The position numbers and the translations under genes were made by a program. The notes under the pieces are model-generated. The model was not told the DNA's origin, did not search any database, and worked only from the letters and a program-made list of their open reading frames with translations. From Gemmata obscuriglobus (GTDB taxonomy: Bacteria; Planctomycetota; Planctomycetia; Gemmatales; Gemmataceae), in NCBI RefSeq assembly GCF_008065095.1, contig NZ_CP042911.1:6960001-6992000 (forward strand): 32,000 nt of DNA, read 5' to 3'. Below are positions 23,047-32,000 of this stretch, piece by piece (the stretch's first letter is position 1; every line of letters begins with the position of its first letter).

Positions 23047-23859
23047 TCAGACGCGGTCCACCAGCCCGGTCGCGAGCGCGGACAGTGCGGCGCTCTCGAT
23101 CTGCCGCACCCGCTCCTTGGTGAGGCCCAGCGCCTCCCCGACTTCTTTGAGCGTTTTGGGCTCTTCCCCGCTCAGCCCGAACCGCAGCCGCAGCACGTCC
23201 GCGTCCCGCGGGTTCAGCCGGTCGAGTTGCTCGAACACGAGCTTGAGTTGCTCCGCCGCGTCCGCGTCCGAGCCCGAGTCGCGCGTGTCCGGGATCAGCC
23301 CCTCCAGCCCGCCCTCGGCGTCGTCCGCCTGCGTCCCGGCGCCGGCCACCTTGAGGGCCAGTTGTACCATCGCCAGCTTCCGCCGCGACAGCCCGAGGTG
23401 CCCCGCCACCTCCTCCGGGGCGGGCGCCCGGCCCAGTTCGTCACCCAAGGCGGCAGTGGCGCGGCGCCAACGGGCCACCAGCGCAGCCATGTACGTGGGC
23501 ACCCGGATCGTGCGGGCGGTGTTCACGATCGCGCGCTGGATGCTCTGCTTGATCCAGAAGCTGGCGTAGGTGCTGAACCGGGTGCTCATGCCCGGGTCGA
23601 ACCCCTCGACGGCGCGCAACAGGCCCATGTTGCCCTCGGCGACCAGGTCGTCGAGGGAGAGCCCGCGCCCGGTGTACCCGCGGGCCAGGTTCACGACCAG
23701 CCTCAGGTTGGCGCGGACCATGCGGTCCCGCGCGGCCGGGTCGCCGTCGAGAATGCGGCCGCCCAGCTCGCGCTCCTCGGTGGCGGACAGGAGCGGGGTG
23801 CGGTCGATCTCGCGCAGGTAGGCGGACATGGCGGTGCCGCCGGGAGCAGAGATGCCCAT
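23047..23859 (-). CDS. Sigma-70 family RNA polymerase sigma factor (regions 1.2-4; no long region 1.1)
   Basis: YLREIDRTPLLSATEERELG is region 1.2. ARDRMVRANLRLVVNLARGY...DDLVAEGNMGLLRAVEGFDP..STRFSTYASFWIKQSIQRAI is region 2. RVPTYM is region 3. LNPRDADVLRLRFGLSGEEPKTLKEVGEALGLTKERVRQIESAAL is region 4. The start is uncertain: in-frame ATGs at 23829, 23859 and 23889. The 557-aa track ORF is an over-extension. Confidence 0.85.
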   Translation of the reverse strand: MGISAPGGTAMSAYLREIDRTPLLSATEERELGGRILDGDPAARDRMVRANLRLVVNLARGYTGRGLSLDDLVAEGNMGLLRAVEGFDPGMSTRFSTYASFWIKQSIQRAIVNTARTIRVPTYMAALVARWRRATAALGDELGRAPAPEEVAGHLGLSRRKLAMVQLALKVAGAGTQADDAEGGLEGLIPDTRDSGSDADAAEQLKLVFEQLDRLNPRDADVLRLRFGLSGEEPKTLKEVGEALGLTKERVRQIESAALSALATGLVDRV

Positions 23860-23975
23860 CGGTTTCTCCGGGCCGTCGCGCGGGCGCATCGGGCGCCGCG
23901 CCGCAGTTGATTGAACCAGAGCCGGTCGCGTCACGCAAGGGGCCACTTCGCAGCATTCTCCGTGCCCGGCCGCGG

Positions 23976-24587
23976 TCACGGCCGTGGGCCGCGCGCGACC
24001 CACGGCCGCACGTCCACCCCCAGCATCCCGGCGCGCCGGGCCGCTTCCAGCCCGATGTCGGTGTCCTCGAACACCACGCACCGGGCCGGCTCCGCGCCCA
24101 ACCGCCGGGCCGCCTCCAGGAACACGTCCGGGTCGGGCTTGTGGCGGGCCGTGTCCTCGGCGGTCACGATCGCGTCGAACCAGTCCCGCACGTTCAGCCG
24201 GTCCAGGGTCCGGGTGATGGTGTCGCGGTACCCGCCGCTGGCCACCGCGATCGGCACCTTGCCGCGGTGCGCCGCCGCGATCATCAGCACCGCCTCGACC
24301 GGCTCCACCGCGTCCAGGAACGTCAGGAACGTGTCCTCCTTCTCTTTCACCATGCCGTCCACGTCCGGCACCGCGACGCCGGACTCGCTGGCGAGCACCC
24401 GGATGATGCTGGCGGTGGGCATCCCGCCCATCGCGTAGAACCGCGGCTCGGGGAACGGGATGCCGTACCGGCCCAGGAGCGCGAGCCACGCCTTGTAGTG
24501 AGCCGGCATCGTGTCCGCGAGCGTCCCGTCGCAGTCGAAAATGAGGGCGGCGGTGCCCGGGGGCGGGGTCCAAACGTGGGTCTGCAT
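23976..24587 (-). CDS. HAD-IA family hydrolase (beta-phosphoglucomutase/phosphatase-like)
   Basis: LIFDCDGTLADT is the DxDGT motif I. VASGG is motif II-like. KPDPDVFLEAARRLG and VVFEDTDIGLEAARRAGM are motifs III/IV. Confidence 0.88.
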   Translation of the reverse strand: MQTHVWTPPPGTAALIFDCDGTLADTMPAHYKAWLALLGRYGIPFPEPRFYAMGGMPTASIIRVLASESGVAVPDVDGMVKEKEDTFLTFLDAVEPVEAVLMIAAAHRGKVPIAVASGGYRDTITRTLDRLNVRDWFDAIVTAEDTARHKPDPDVFLEAARRLGAEPARCVVFEDTDIGLEAARRAGMLGVDVRPWVARGPRP

Positions 24588-24746
24588 GTCGCGCTCGTGG
24601 CGTGCGTGGTAAGGCGGTCCTACGGACCAGTTTACCCGCCCGCGCCAACTTGTCGGGCCGGTTCGGCGTCATATCATTGTGATTCGTCCAACTCGGCGAA
24701 GCCGCCCGCTCTGCATCCACACAGGCCGCAACACGAACGGACGAAC

Positions 24747-25733
24747 ATGCAGACGCCCGCGATCGACGTTCAGAATCTGTGCAAGAACTACGGCCCGGTC
24801 CAGGCCGTGGACAACATCACCTTCCAGGTGCCGCACGGCGAGCTGGTCGGGTTCCTCGGGCCGAACGGGGCCGGGAAGTCCACCAGCATGCGCATCCTGA
24901 CCACGTGGCTGCCCGCGTCGAGCGGGTACGCGCGGCTCAACGGCTACGACGTGATGTACGAGTCGATGCAGGTCCGCAAGCACATCGGGTACCTGCCCGA
25001 GAGCGTGCCGGTGTACGGCGAGATGCGGGTGAGGGAGTACCTGACGTACCGCGCCAAGCTGAAGGGCGTGGACCGCCGCGGCCGCGCCGCCAAGATCGAC
25101 GAGTGCATGGCCAAGGGCCGCGTGCAGGGCGTCGCGAACCGGCTCCTCAGCACCCTCTCGAAAGGGTACCGGCAGCGCGTCGGGCTGGCCGACACGCTCC
25201 TGGCCGACCCGCCCATCCTGATCCTCGACGAGCCGACCAGCGGCCTGGACCCGGTGCAGATCGGCGAGACGCTGGCGACCATCAAGGCGCTCGGCGGCCG
25301 GCACACCATCCTGTTCTCGACGCACGTGCTGCCGGAGGTCGAGCGGGTCTACGACCGCGTCATCATCATCGACAAGGGCCGGATCAAGTTCGACGAGACG
25401 AAGAAGGCGATCGAGGGCCGCGAGGCCACGTACCTGCTGGAGGTGCGCGGCCCGGCCGACGCGGTCGCCGGGTTCCTCCGGGAGCAGCCCGAGCTGGCGG
25501 CCGTGGAGGCCAAGCCCGTCGAGCCGGACCTGACCGCGTTCGAGCTGAAGGCCCGCGACCGGAAGGACCCGCGCGAGCTGCTGGCGGCGCGGGTGGCGGC
25601 GAAGGGCTGGGGCCTGCGCCGGGTGGAGGTGCAGCGGCCGAGCCTGGACGCGATCTTCAACGACGTGGTCCGCCGCCGCGAGACGGTCGCGGTCGCCCCG
25701 GCGACCGAACCCGCCGCGGCCCCGGCGGCGTAA
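24747..25733 (+). CDS. ABC transporter ATP-binding protein (ABC-2 / GldA-like)
   Basis: ATG at 24747. Walker A is GPNGAGKST, the signature is LSKGYRQR and Walker B is ILILDEPTSGLD. A C-terminal regulatory-type extension is present. Confidence 0.92.
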   Translation: MQTPAIDVQNLCKNYGPVQAVDNITFQVPHGELVGFLGPNGAGKSTSMRILTTWLPASSGYARLNGYDVMYESMQVRKHIGYLPESVPVYGEMRVREYLTYRAKLKGVDRRGRAAKIDECMAKGRVQGVANRLLSTLSKGYRQRVGLADTLLADPPILILDEPTSGLDPVQIGETLATIKALGGRHTILFSTHVLPEVERVYDRVIIIDKGRIKFDETKKAIEGREATYLLEVRGPADAVAGFLREQPELAAVEAKPVEPDLTAFELKARDRKDPRELLAARVAAKGWGLRRVEVQRPSLDAIFNDVVRRRETVAVAPATEPAAAPAA

Positions 25734-25824
25734 CAGGTTCGGCGGCGGGCGCCCGCGCGACCCGCTGTTCGGCCCTGGGTTCCTGTCTTCTGTCCTCTGT
25801 CCTCTGATCGAGCGGCGAAGAACC

Positions 25825-27642
25825 ATGAGCAGCACCCCGCCCGCGACGACCGACTCGCCCGCGCCGCCCTCAGCCGCGGCGGTGCCGCTGCCCGGCCCCG
25901 TCGAGGTGTCCGGCCCGTCCGAGCTGACGGCCGAGGGGCCGGCGCTGGCGCGGCTGATCGGGTTCGTCGGCCTGTTCCTGCTGGTGCTCGGCACGGTCGT
26001 GGTGGTCGCCACCCGCGCCACCGGGCAGGCCCGGCTCCTGCCCGAAGGGTGGGGGTTCCTGTTCGCCGGCCTCGGCGTGGCCATGATGCTGTACCACGCG
26101 GTCACCGACGGCGAGCAGGAGGTGCGCCGGATGTACGGCCTCCTGGCCGCGACGCTGTTACTGGTGGCGCTGGTCGCGGCCGTGCTGCCGGGCGCGCCCA
26201 AGGGGAGCCCCGACAAGGTGATCGGGCACTACTTGCTCCCGTGGGGGCTCACCGGCGGGTTCCTGGCGCTGCTGTTCGCGATCCCGTTCGTGCGGCACGA
26301 GACCGACGAGCTGTTCCGCTCGATCGGGCTGAACGGCATCCTCGCGGTCGGCTCGCTGCTGTGCGTCGGGGTGCTGGTGAAAGGCGTCCAGGACCCGGAC
26401 TGGCTCGCGGGCACGGGGCTGGCCCTGGCGGTGCTGGGGCTCAGTTTCGTCGCGGCGTACCTCGGGCAGGTGAACACCGACGAGGGCGCCGGGTACACGG
26501 TCGCGTTCGCGCTCGGGGCGGTGGGGGCGGCGGCGGCGCTGTACGCGGCCGGGCGGGCGGCGTTCCCGGCGGTGCTGTACGACGGCCCGTCGGTCCTGCG
26601 GAACGAGTTCCAGGCGCTGGACGTTTGGAAGGTCGCGGGGCGGGCGGGCGTGGTGCTGGCGGCGCTCGGGCTGGCGGCGCTCGGCGCGCTGGGCAAGTTC
26701 CCGGTCTGGCTCCGCGCGTCCCTCGCGGCCGTCGGGCTCACGACGGCCGCGGTGTTCGTCCTGGCGAGCACGAAGGCGGTGCTGACGCAGCCGCCGGCCC
26801 CGTTCCTGGTGCCGGGCGGGCTGCTCATCGGCGGGATCGGGCTGGCGTACCTGGTGCTCGCCCTCGGGGTGTGTTCGGACGCCCAGTTCGTCACGCTCAC
26901 CCGGCGCGAGTTCTCGGGGTACTTCTACTCCCCTATCGGGTACCTGGTGCTGGCCGGAATGGCGCTGATCCACTGGGCCGGCTACGTCATGTTCGTGAAC
27001 GTGCTGTCGAGCGCGACGATGGGGGGCCGCGAGCCGATGCCCGAGCCGATCGTGCGGAACTACATCTTCGCGCTGTTCCCGGTGATCGGCGTCACGGTGC
27101 AGGTGGCGGCGCTCACGATGCGGCTGTTCGCCGAGGAGAAGCGGAGCGGCACCCTGGAGGTGCTGTTCACCGCCCCGGTCAACGAGTGGGTCACGGTGGC
27201 GAGCAAGTTCATCGCCACGTGGACGTTCTTCATGCTCTGCTGGCTGCCGGTCGGGCTGTTCCTGATCGCGCTGCGGATGGAGGGCGGGGCGCCGTTCGAC
27301 TACCGGCCGCTGCTGGGGTACTACGTGGCGCTCGGGGCCACCGGGGCCGCGTTCGTGGCGATGGGGTTGCTCCTGTCGGCCCTCACCAACAACCAGATCA
27401 TCGCCGCCATGCTCACGTTCCTGGGCATGCTCGGGTTCCTGCTGAACTACTTCGTGGCGGCCATGAACGTCGGCCTGAACCCGACCCTGATGGCGTTCCT
27501 CAACAAGCTGTCGTACCTGCGGCTGTGGAGCACGGCGCTGGGCGGGCAACTGCCCGTGCGCGACGTGATCCTGTGGCTGTCGCTGGCCGTCTTTTTCCTG
27601 TTCACCTCGGTCAAGGTGCTCGAAGTGCGGCGGTGGCGCTGA
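25825..27642 (+). CDS. ABC-2 type permease (GldF-like) with an extra N-terminal polytopic membrane domain of about 350 aa
   Basis: The C-terminal part of about 250 aa (REFSGYFYSPIGYLVLAG..., LFAEEKRSGTLEVLFTAPV..., LSALTNNQIIAA...) matches the ABC-2/GldF-type permease pattern. It is preceded in the same ORF by about ten additional hydrophobic segments (counted by eye), with no in-frame stop. Confidence 0.85.
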   Translation: MSSTPPATTDSPAPPSAAAVPLPGPVEVSGPSELTAEGPALARLIGFVGLFLLVLGTVVVVATRATGQARLLPEGWGFLFAGLGVAMMLYHAVTDGEQEVRRMYGLLAATLLLVALVAAVLPGAPKGSPDKVIGHYLLPWGLTGGFLALLFAIPFVRHETDELFRSIGLNGILAVGSLLCVGVLVKGVQDPDWLAGTGLALAVLGLSFVAAYLGQVNTDEGAGYTVAFALGAVGAAAALYAAGRAAFPAVLYDGPSVLRNEFQALDVWKVAGRAGVVLAALGLAALGALGKFPVWLRASLAAVGLTTAAVFVLASTKAVLTQPPAPFLVPGGLLIGGIGLAYLVLALGVCSDAQFVTLTRREFSGYFYSPIGYLVLAGMALIHWAGYVMFVNVLSSATMGGREPMPEPIVRNYIFALFPVIGVTVQVAALTMRLFAEEKRSGTLEVLFTAPVNEWVTVASKFIATWTFFMLCWLPVGLFLIALRMEGGAPFDYRPLLGYYVALGATGAAFVAMGLLLSALTNNQIIAAMLTFLGMLGFLLNYFVAAMNVGLNPTLMAFLNKLSYLRLWSTALGGQLPVRDVILWLSLAVFFLFTSVKVLEVRRWR

Positions 27643-27695
27643 GCCCCCCGCCCCGGACCCGAAGTGCCCCGAACACCCGACACCCCTGAACCGCC

Positions 27696-29903
27696 ATGCA
27701 ACCGACCAGCCCGACCCCGCCCGCGGCGCGCCCCGAACCGGTGACCGAACTGCTCCGCACCCAGCGGCAGAACGTCGGTTACCTGCTCCTCGTCGCGTCC
27801 GCGGTGTGCCTCGCGCTCACCGGGTGGCTGGCCCTCAAGACCAGCCGCATCTCCGCCCCGGTCGAGGCGACGAAGGGCGAAAAGGACAAGGACAAGCTCG
27901 ACAACCCGTTCGCCCGCACGTCCGAGCTGTCGCAGCCGAGCCGCACCGACTACATCATCGGCGCGCTGGTCGCGTTCGCCGGGTGCGTGTCGCTCGGCGG
28001 GGGCGGCGCGTACCTGCTGGCCGGGCGCCCCAAGCCCACCGTCGAGGAGCAGCGCACCGAGGCCCGGCAGGTGGTGCTGGTGCTCGGGGCCGCGCTGGGG
28101 GCGGCGCTGATCGTGCTCGGGGCCTTGTACTTCTACAGTTGGAGCGAGAGCCTCACCAAGTGGCTCGACCAGGGCGAGCGGGCGGAGTCCAAGTGGGTGC
28201 TCACGCCGCTGCTGATCGTGGTCCTGGGCGGGGGGCTGATGTTCGCCGCCGCCCAGCCGGCCCGGGCCGAGGAGCGCAACAACGCCCGCGTCCGCCAGTT
28301 CATCTACGGGTCGAACTTCGGGCTGACGGTGCTGATGCTGTTCGTGGTGCTGGTCATCGTCAACGTGGTGGTCGCGCTGCGGGTGCCGAACAAGCTCGAC
28401 ACCACCCAGACCGGGATGTACACGCTCAGCCCGCAGACCAAGCAGGTGCTGGAGGCCCTGGAGCAGCCGGTCCAGGCGTACTCGATCTTCCAGGAGAACG
28501 ACCCGGTCGCCGAGGACCTGAACCGGCTGCTCGCGAACTGCCAGGACTCCGCCCGCGGCAAGTTCCGCGTGACCCTGCTCAACCCGGCGCTGAACAAGGC
28601 CGAGATCGCGAAGCTCCGGTCCGAGTACCCGCAGGCCGAGCTGAGCCGCGAGGGGCTGCTGCTGGTGGCCGGGGGCGAGGGCGACCGGAACCGGCACTCG
28701 TTCCTCCGGGCCGACGAGTTCGAGGAGAGCAAGCCCGACGCCCAGGGGCGGCCGGTGCCGGTGTTCAACGGCGAGCCGAAGCTGCTCCGCGAGCTGCTGT
28801 TCCTGGCCGAGAACAAGCAGAAGCCGAAGGTGTACTTCACGCAGTCGTCCGGCGAACTGGCGCTGGCCGGCGGCGCGGACCGGCGGCGGTCGGCGGCCGG
28901 GCTCAAGGCGTACCTGGAGAAGAACTACTTCGAGGTGGTGCCGCTGAAGGCCGACCCGGGCGCCCCGACGCGGGTGCCCGACGACGCCGCCGCGGTCGTG
29001 ATCGCGGACCCGACCGCGACGCTCCCGCCCGCCCTCTCCGACGCGATCCGTGACTACATGACGCGGACACTGCCGGACGGCCGCAAGGGCAAGCTGGTGG
29101 TGCTGGCCGGGCAGCAAGCGGGGGTCGACGGCAAGCCGCTGGTGACCGGCGTGGAGCCGGTCCTTCAGACCTTCGGCGTGCGGCTGTCCGACCGGTTCCT
29201 GTACGCCACCCCGGACGACGAGTTGGGCGCGCTGGACCGCGCGCGGGGCACCCGGGTAATGGTGGGCCGGCTGACCCAGCAGGCGGTGGACGCGCGCAAC
29301 CCTGTGGCCCTGGGATTCAACCGGATGTCCGCGCTGGCGCTGGTGGACTGCCGCGAGCTGGCCGCGACCCCGGGCGGTAACACCCAGGCGGTCACCGTGT
29401 TCGTGAGCGACCCCGGGCGGCAGACGTGGTCGCCCGCCCGCTACGAGCCCGACCCGGCCCGCGCGTGGACCGAGTTCAACCAGCGGGTGAACCGCATCCT
29501 CGCGGGACCGGGCACGCTGGACGAGAAGCGCCGGGCGGCCCAGCCGCTCGTGGCCGAGATGCAGATCCGCGACGAGCCGCGGGCCCTGGTGGTGTTCGCG
29601 TCCGAGGGGCCGACGGCCCGGGTCGCGGTGTTCGGGTGCGGGTGGTTCGCCAGCGACGACGCCGAGCGGACCGCCAGCGACCGGTTCGGCAGCCGCAACG
29701 CCACCATCTGGCTGGACCTGATGGGCTCCACCCTCGACTGGGTGCGGGACCGCCCGACCGTCAGCGCGAGCGAGAAGCAGTACACGGTGTACCAGTTGCA
29801 GCCCGGGTACAGCAGCATGCGGCTGGTCTGGGTGCCGCTCGGATTGGCGCTGGTGTCGGTCGCCGGGCTCGGCGCCGGCGTGTGGGTGGTCCGCCGCAAG
29901 TGA
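27696..29903 (+). CDS. GldG-like ABC-transporter auxiliary protein (ABC_transp_aux family) with multiple N-terminal TM helices and a C-terminal TM anchor
   Basis: YTLSPQTKQVLEALEQPVQAYSIFQENDP...LLANCQDSARGKFRVTLLNP is the GldG-type N-terminal module. About 5 hydrophobic helices precede it. The C-terminal LVWVPLGLALVSVAGLGAGVWVV is an anchor. Confidence 0.8.
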   Translation: MQPTSPTPPAARPEPVTELLRTQRQNVGYLLLVASAVCLALTGWLALKTSRISAPVEATKGEKDKDKLDNPFARTSELSQPSRTDYIIGALVAFAGCVSLGGGGAYLLAGRPKPTVEEQRTEARQVVLVLGAALGAALIVLGALYFYSWSESLTKWLDQGERAESKWVLTPLLIVVLGGGLMFAAAQPARAEERNNARVRQFIYGSNFGLTVLMLFVVLVIVNVVVALRVPNKLDTTQTGMYTLSPQTKQVLEALEQPVQAYSIFQENDPVAEDLNRLLANCQDSARGKFRVTLLNPALNKAEIAKLRSEYPQAELSREGLLLVAGGEGDRNRHSFLRADEFEESKPDAQGRPVPVFNGEPKLLRELLFLAENKQKPKVYFTQSSGELALAGGADRRRSAAGLKAYLEKNYFEVVPLKADPGAPTRVPDDAAAVVIADPTATLPPALSDAIRDYMTRTLPDGRKGKLVVLAGQQAGVDGKPLVTGVEPVLQTFGVRLSDRFLYATPDDELGALDRARGTRVMVGRLTQQAVDARNPVALGFNRMSALALVDCRELAATPGGNTQAVTVFVSDPGRQTWSPARYEPDPARAWTEFNQRVNRILAGPGTLDEKRRAAQPLVAEMQIRDEPRALVVFASEGPTARVAVFGCGWFASDDAERTASDRFGSRNATIWLDLMGSTLDWVRDRPTVSASEKQYTVYQLQPGYSSMRLVWVPLGLALVSVAGLGAGVWVVRRK

Positions 29904-30166
29904 GCCGCGCCCGGGGCACCGCTCTCCCGCGCCCCGCCGCGCAACACCACGTCGTCCGGGCGACAGACGAAGCCGAGCCGAGCACGGACCGGTCGTGCGT
30001 TCTCCCTTACGCGAGCGGGTAAAGGGGAACGCGCGGCCGAGCCCCGCCCGCGCCGCGGGGCCGAGCAGTAGCAGCGCCGCGGGCGGAACGCGCCCCGGCC
30101 CGACCATCTCCTGGTGACACGAAGCCGCAGCGCCAGACGCACCGACCGCCACGGGGGCAACCGCCG

Positions 30167-32000
30167 ATGAACTTCCGCCTGACCGCCATCCTGTTCGGGA
30201 TCGTTTTTGTAATCGGGGTGGTCCTGCTCATCCTGTCGTTCGACGCCCCCGACACCTCACCCACCGGGGTGCTGGTGGCGGAGCTGGACACGGCCGGCAA
30301 AAAGTCCGACGACGTGGACGAGATCGAGTTCGAGCGCCCGGGCGCCGAGCCGCTGCTCATCAAGCGCACCGACAAGGACCGCAACACCTGGCAGATCCAG
30401 AAGCCGATCGTCGCGCCGGCGGACGCGTCCCGCGTGCAGCCGGTGATCGTCGCGCTGCTGAAGGCCAAGCCCACCACCTACGCGGGCAACACCGGCAACC
30501 CGGCCGCCCACGGGCTCGAGCCCGTGGGCCTGAAGGTGACCCTACGGGCCGGCGACAAGTCCTCGACCGTCAACCTCGGTGACGTCACTCTGGGCGACAA
30601 AGGCGTGGTGTTCGTCACCACGTCCGCGCAGCCGAAGCGGTCGATGGCGGTGCGCCGGGACGACCTGATGGCGCTGTTCCGCGAGCCGAAGGACGGGTCG
30701 GCTGCGGCGCTCGCGAAGTGGACCGCCGACTACCGCGCCACGGCCGTGTTCCCGGGTAGCACGGAGGACGTGGCGAGCGTGCGGCTCGAACTGCCGAACA
30801 AGAAGCAGGCGCTGGCGCTGACCCACACGCCGAGCGGGACGTGGACGTTCGACGCCCCGGCCAACTGGGGCGACGCCGATGTCGAGGGCGATGCGGTCCC
30901 GCTGCCGGGCACGTTCACCGGCGTGCGGCGGCTGCTGGGCGCGCTCACCAGCCTCAACGCGGCGACCACGGCCGACTTCATCGACCAGCCCAAGGACCTG
31001 AAGGAGTACGGGCTCAACGCCGACAACCCGGACCTCGTGAAGGTGGAACTGAAGACGCGAGACGGGCAGTCGGCGACGGTGTTCCTGGGCAAGCGTGAAA
31101 CGGCCCCCGCGGCCCCCGCGGTGCCGGGCGCCGCGCCGCAACCCAGCTCGAAGGTCTACGCGCGCGTCGAAGGGGTGTCGGGCGTGATCCGGGCCACCGC
31201 GGGCGACCTGACCGGGCTGACCGGGGTGATCGCCGACCCGGCGCCGCTCCGCGACCGCACCCTGGTGAACGTGGACCGGAACAAGGTGGACGGTATCGAC
31301 ATCGCGCTGCCGGGTCAGCCGGTCACGAAGCTGCGCCGGTCCGGCGGGCCGGTGTGGCGGCTGTACGGCTCCCCGAACGACCCGCAGCCGGCGTTCGGCG
31401 CGACGGTGGACAAGTTCCTCGACGTGGTGCTCGCCCGGCGCACGGTCAAGGACTTCCCGGCCGCGGCGACTTTCCCGGTCGCGGCGACGGTGTCGGTGTG
31501 GGCCGACGGGTTCATCCCGACCGCGGACCCGAAGGCCGAGCCGACCAAGAAGGGCGAGCCGATCAAGCTGGAGTTCGGCCCGCGGGAGGGCGATTCGGTG
31601 CGCGTCCGCCGTTCGGTTCCGGGCCAGCCGCCGGTGGAGTTCATCCTGCCGGCCCAGGTGCGGGTCGGGGCCGGGCTGGACGCCGCGGACGTCGAAGCGG
31701 CGGTGAAGAAGACGCGGCTGGATCTGCTGGACCCGTCGCTGCCCACCTTCGGCTCGGACGCGGTCACGACGCTGACCGTGAGCGGCGCGAACGGGTTCAC
31801 CGTAACGAAGGACGAGAAGCCGGACCCGGCCACGAAGGAGGTGCTGTGGCGGTACACGGCCCCGGAGGCGAAGAAGGGGCAGGTGGCCGACGCCAAAACG
31901 CTTGACGGGCTGCTGCAACTGCTGAGCACGACGCAGTCGGTCACGCGGTTCGTGGACGAGTCGCTCGACGCCGCCAAGCCGGACGAGGCCAAGAAGCTCG
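30167..32000 (+). CDS. DUF4340-like protein (N-terminal TM anchor, repeated beta-rich modules), truncated by the window end
   Basis: Absent from the supplied ORF track because it has no stop before the window end. Manual translation from ATG 30167 gives MNFRLTAILFGIVFVIGVVLLILSF...EIEFERPGAEPLLIKRTDKDRNTWQIQKPIVAPADASRVQPVIVALLKAK...LGDVTLGDKGVVFVTT... This fits the DUF4340 pattern that commonly follows GldG-like genes. The frame is open for 611 codons with coherent GC3 codon usage. Confidence 0.7.
   Translation, partial: MNFRLTAILFGIVFVIGVVLLILSFDAPDTSPTGVLVAELDTAGKKSDDVDEIEFERPGAEPLLIKRTDKDRNTWQIQKPIVAPADASRVQPVIVALLKAKPTTYAGNTGNPAAHGLEPVGLKVTLRAGDKSSTVNLGDVTLGDKGVVFVTTSAQPKRSMAVRRDDLMALFREPKDGSAAALAKWTADYRATAVFPGSTEDVASVRLELPNKKQALALTHTPSGTWTFDAPANWGDADVEGDAVPLPGTFTGVRRLLGALTSLNAATTADFIDQPKDLKEYGLNADNPDLVKVELKTRDGQSATVFLGKRETAPAAPAVPGAAPQPSSKVYARVEGVSGVIRATAGDLTGLTGVIADPAPLRDRTLVNVDRNKVDGIDIALPGQPVTKLRRSGGPVWRLYGSPNDPQPAFGATVDKFLDVVLARRTVKDFPAAATFPVAATVSVWADGFIPTADPKAEPTKKGEPIKLEFGPREGDSVRVRRSVPGQPPVEFILPAQVRVGAGLDAADVEAAVKKTRLDLLDPSLPTFGSDAVTTLTVSGANGFTVTKDEKPDPATKEVLWRYTAPEAKKGQVADAKTLDGLLQLLSTTQSVTRFVDESLDAAKPDEAKKL

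Noticed and set aside
23860-24720. N-terminal 287 aa of the 557-aa track ORF 23047..24720 (-)
   Set aside because: Only the C-terminal part of about 270 aa has sigma-70 regions. The upstream part overlaps the well-supported HAD hydrolase gene in another frame and is Arg/Gly/Pro-rich. The real start is most likely one of the ATGs at 23829, 23859 or 23889.
27447-30152. 901-aa minus-strand ORF, plus the 463-aa (26158..27549 -) and 458-aa (30542..31918 -) ORFs
   Set aside because: They are antisense shadows of the GldG-like, permease and DUF4340-like genes. The plus-strand frames have clear TM segments and family motifs.

Overview
Very GC-rich chromosomal segment, with almost every third codon position G or C. 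By inference it comes from a planctomycete, probably Gemmataceae-like. The hallmarks are a PSCyt1-type protein, an ECF sigma factor fused to a TM helix and WD40-like repeats, and many long antisense shadow ORFs. I support 23 protein-coding genes plus one candidate micro-ORF; I saw no rRNA, tRNA or CRISPR array. Two real genes run off the window edges and are missing from the supplied ORF track: 1..429 (-) and 30167..32000 (+). Gene order: PSCyt1 protein (partial) | heptad inverted repeat | mini-secretin | His-rich micro-lipoprotein candidate | ten-haem cytochrome c fused to an LVIVD beta-propeller | about 57-bp AT-rich hairpin | cupredoxin. Next comes a co-directional minus-strand array: HisN-like IMPase, ROK, trpF, Uma2 nuclease, ROK, YncE-propeller/phosphoesterase. 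Then: ECF-sigma-TM-WD40 | small membrane protein | hairpin | ROK glucokinase | HEAT-repeat protein | SDR | scpA | PilZ | nested-palindrome repeat | sigma-70 | HAD hydrolase. The window ends with an ABC ATPase / extended ABC-2 permease / GldG-like / DUF4340 cluster. The best candidate for something new is the periplasmic redox neighbourhood at 1.9-7.3 kb. Secondary candidates are the dispersed heptad/palindrome repeat family, the unusually long low-GC hairpins, and the extended GldF/GldG/DUF4340 transporter. All product calls come from motifs read by eye in the translations. No database search was possible.
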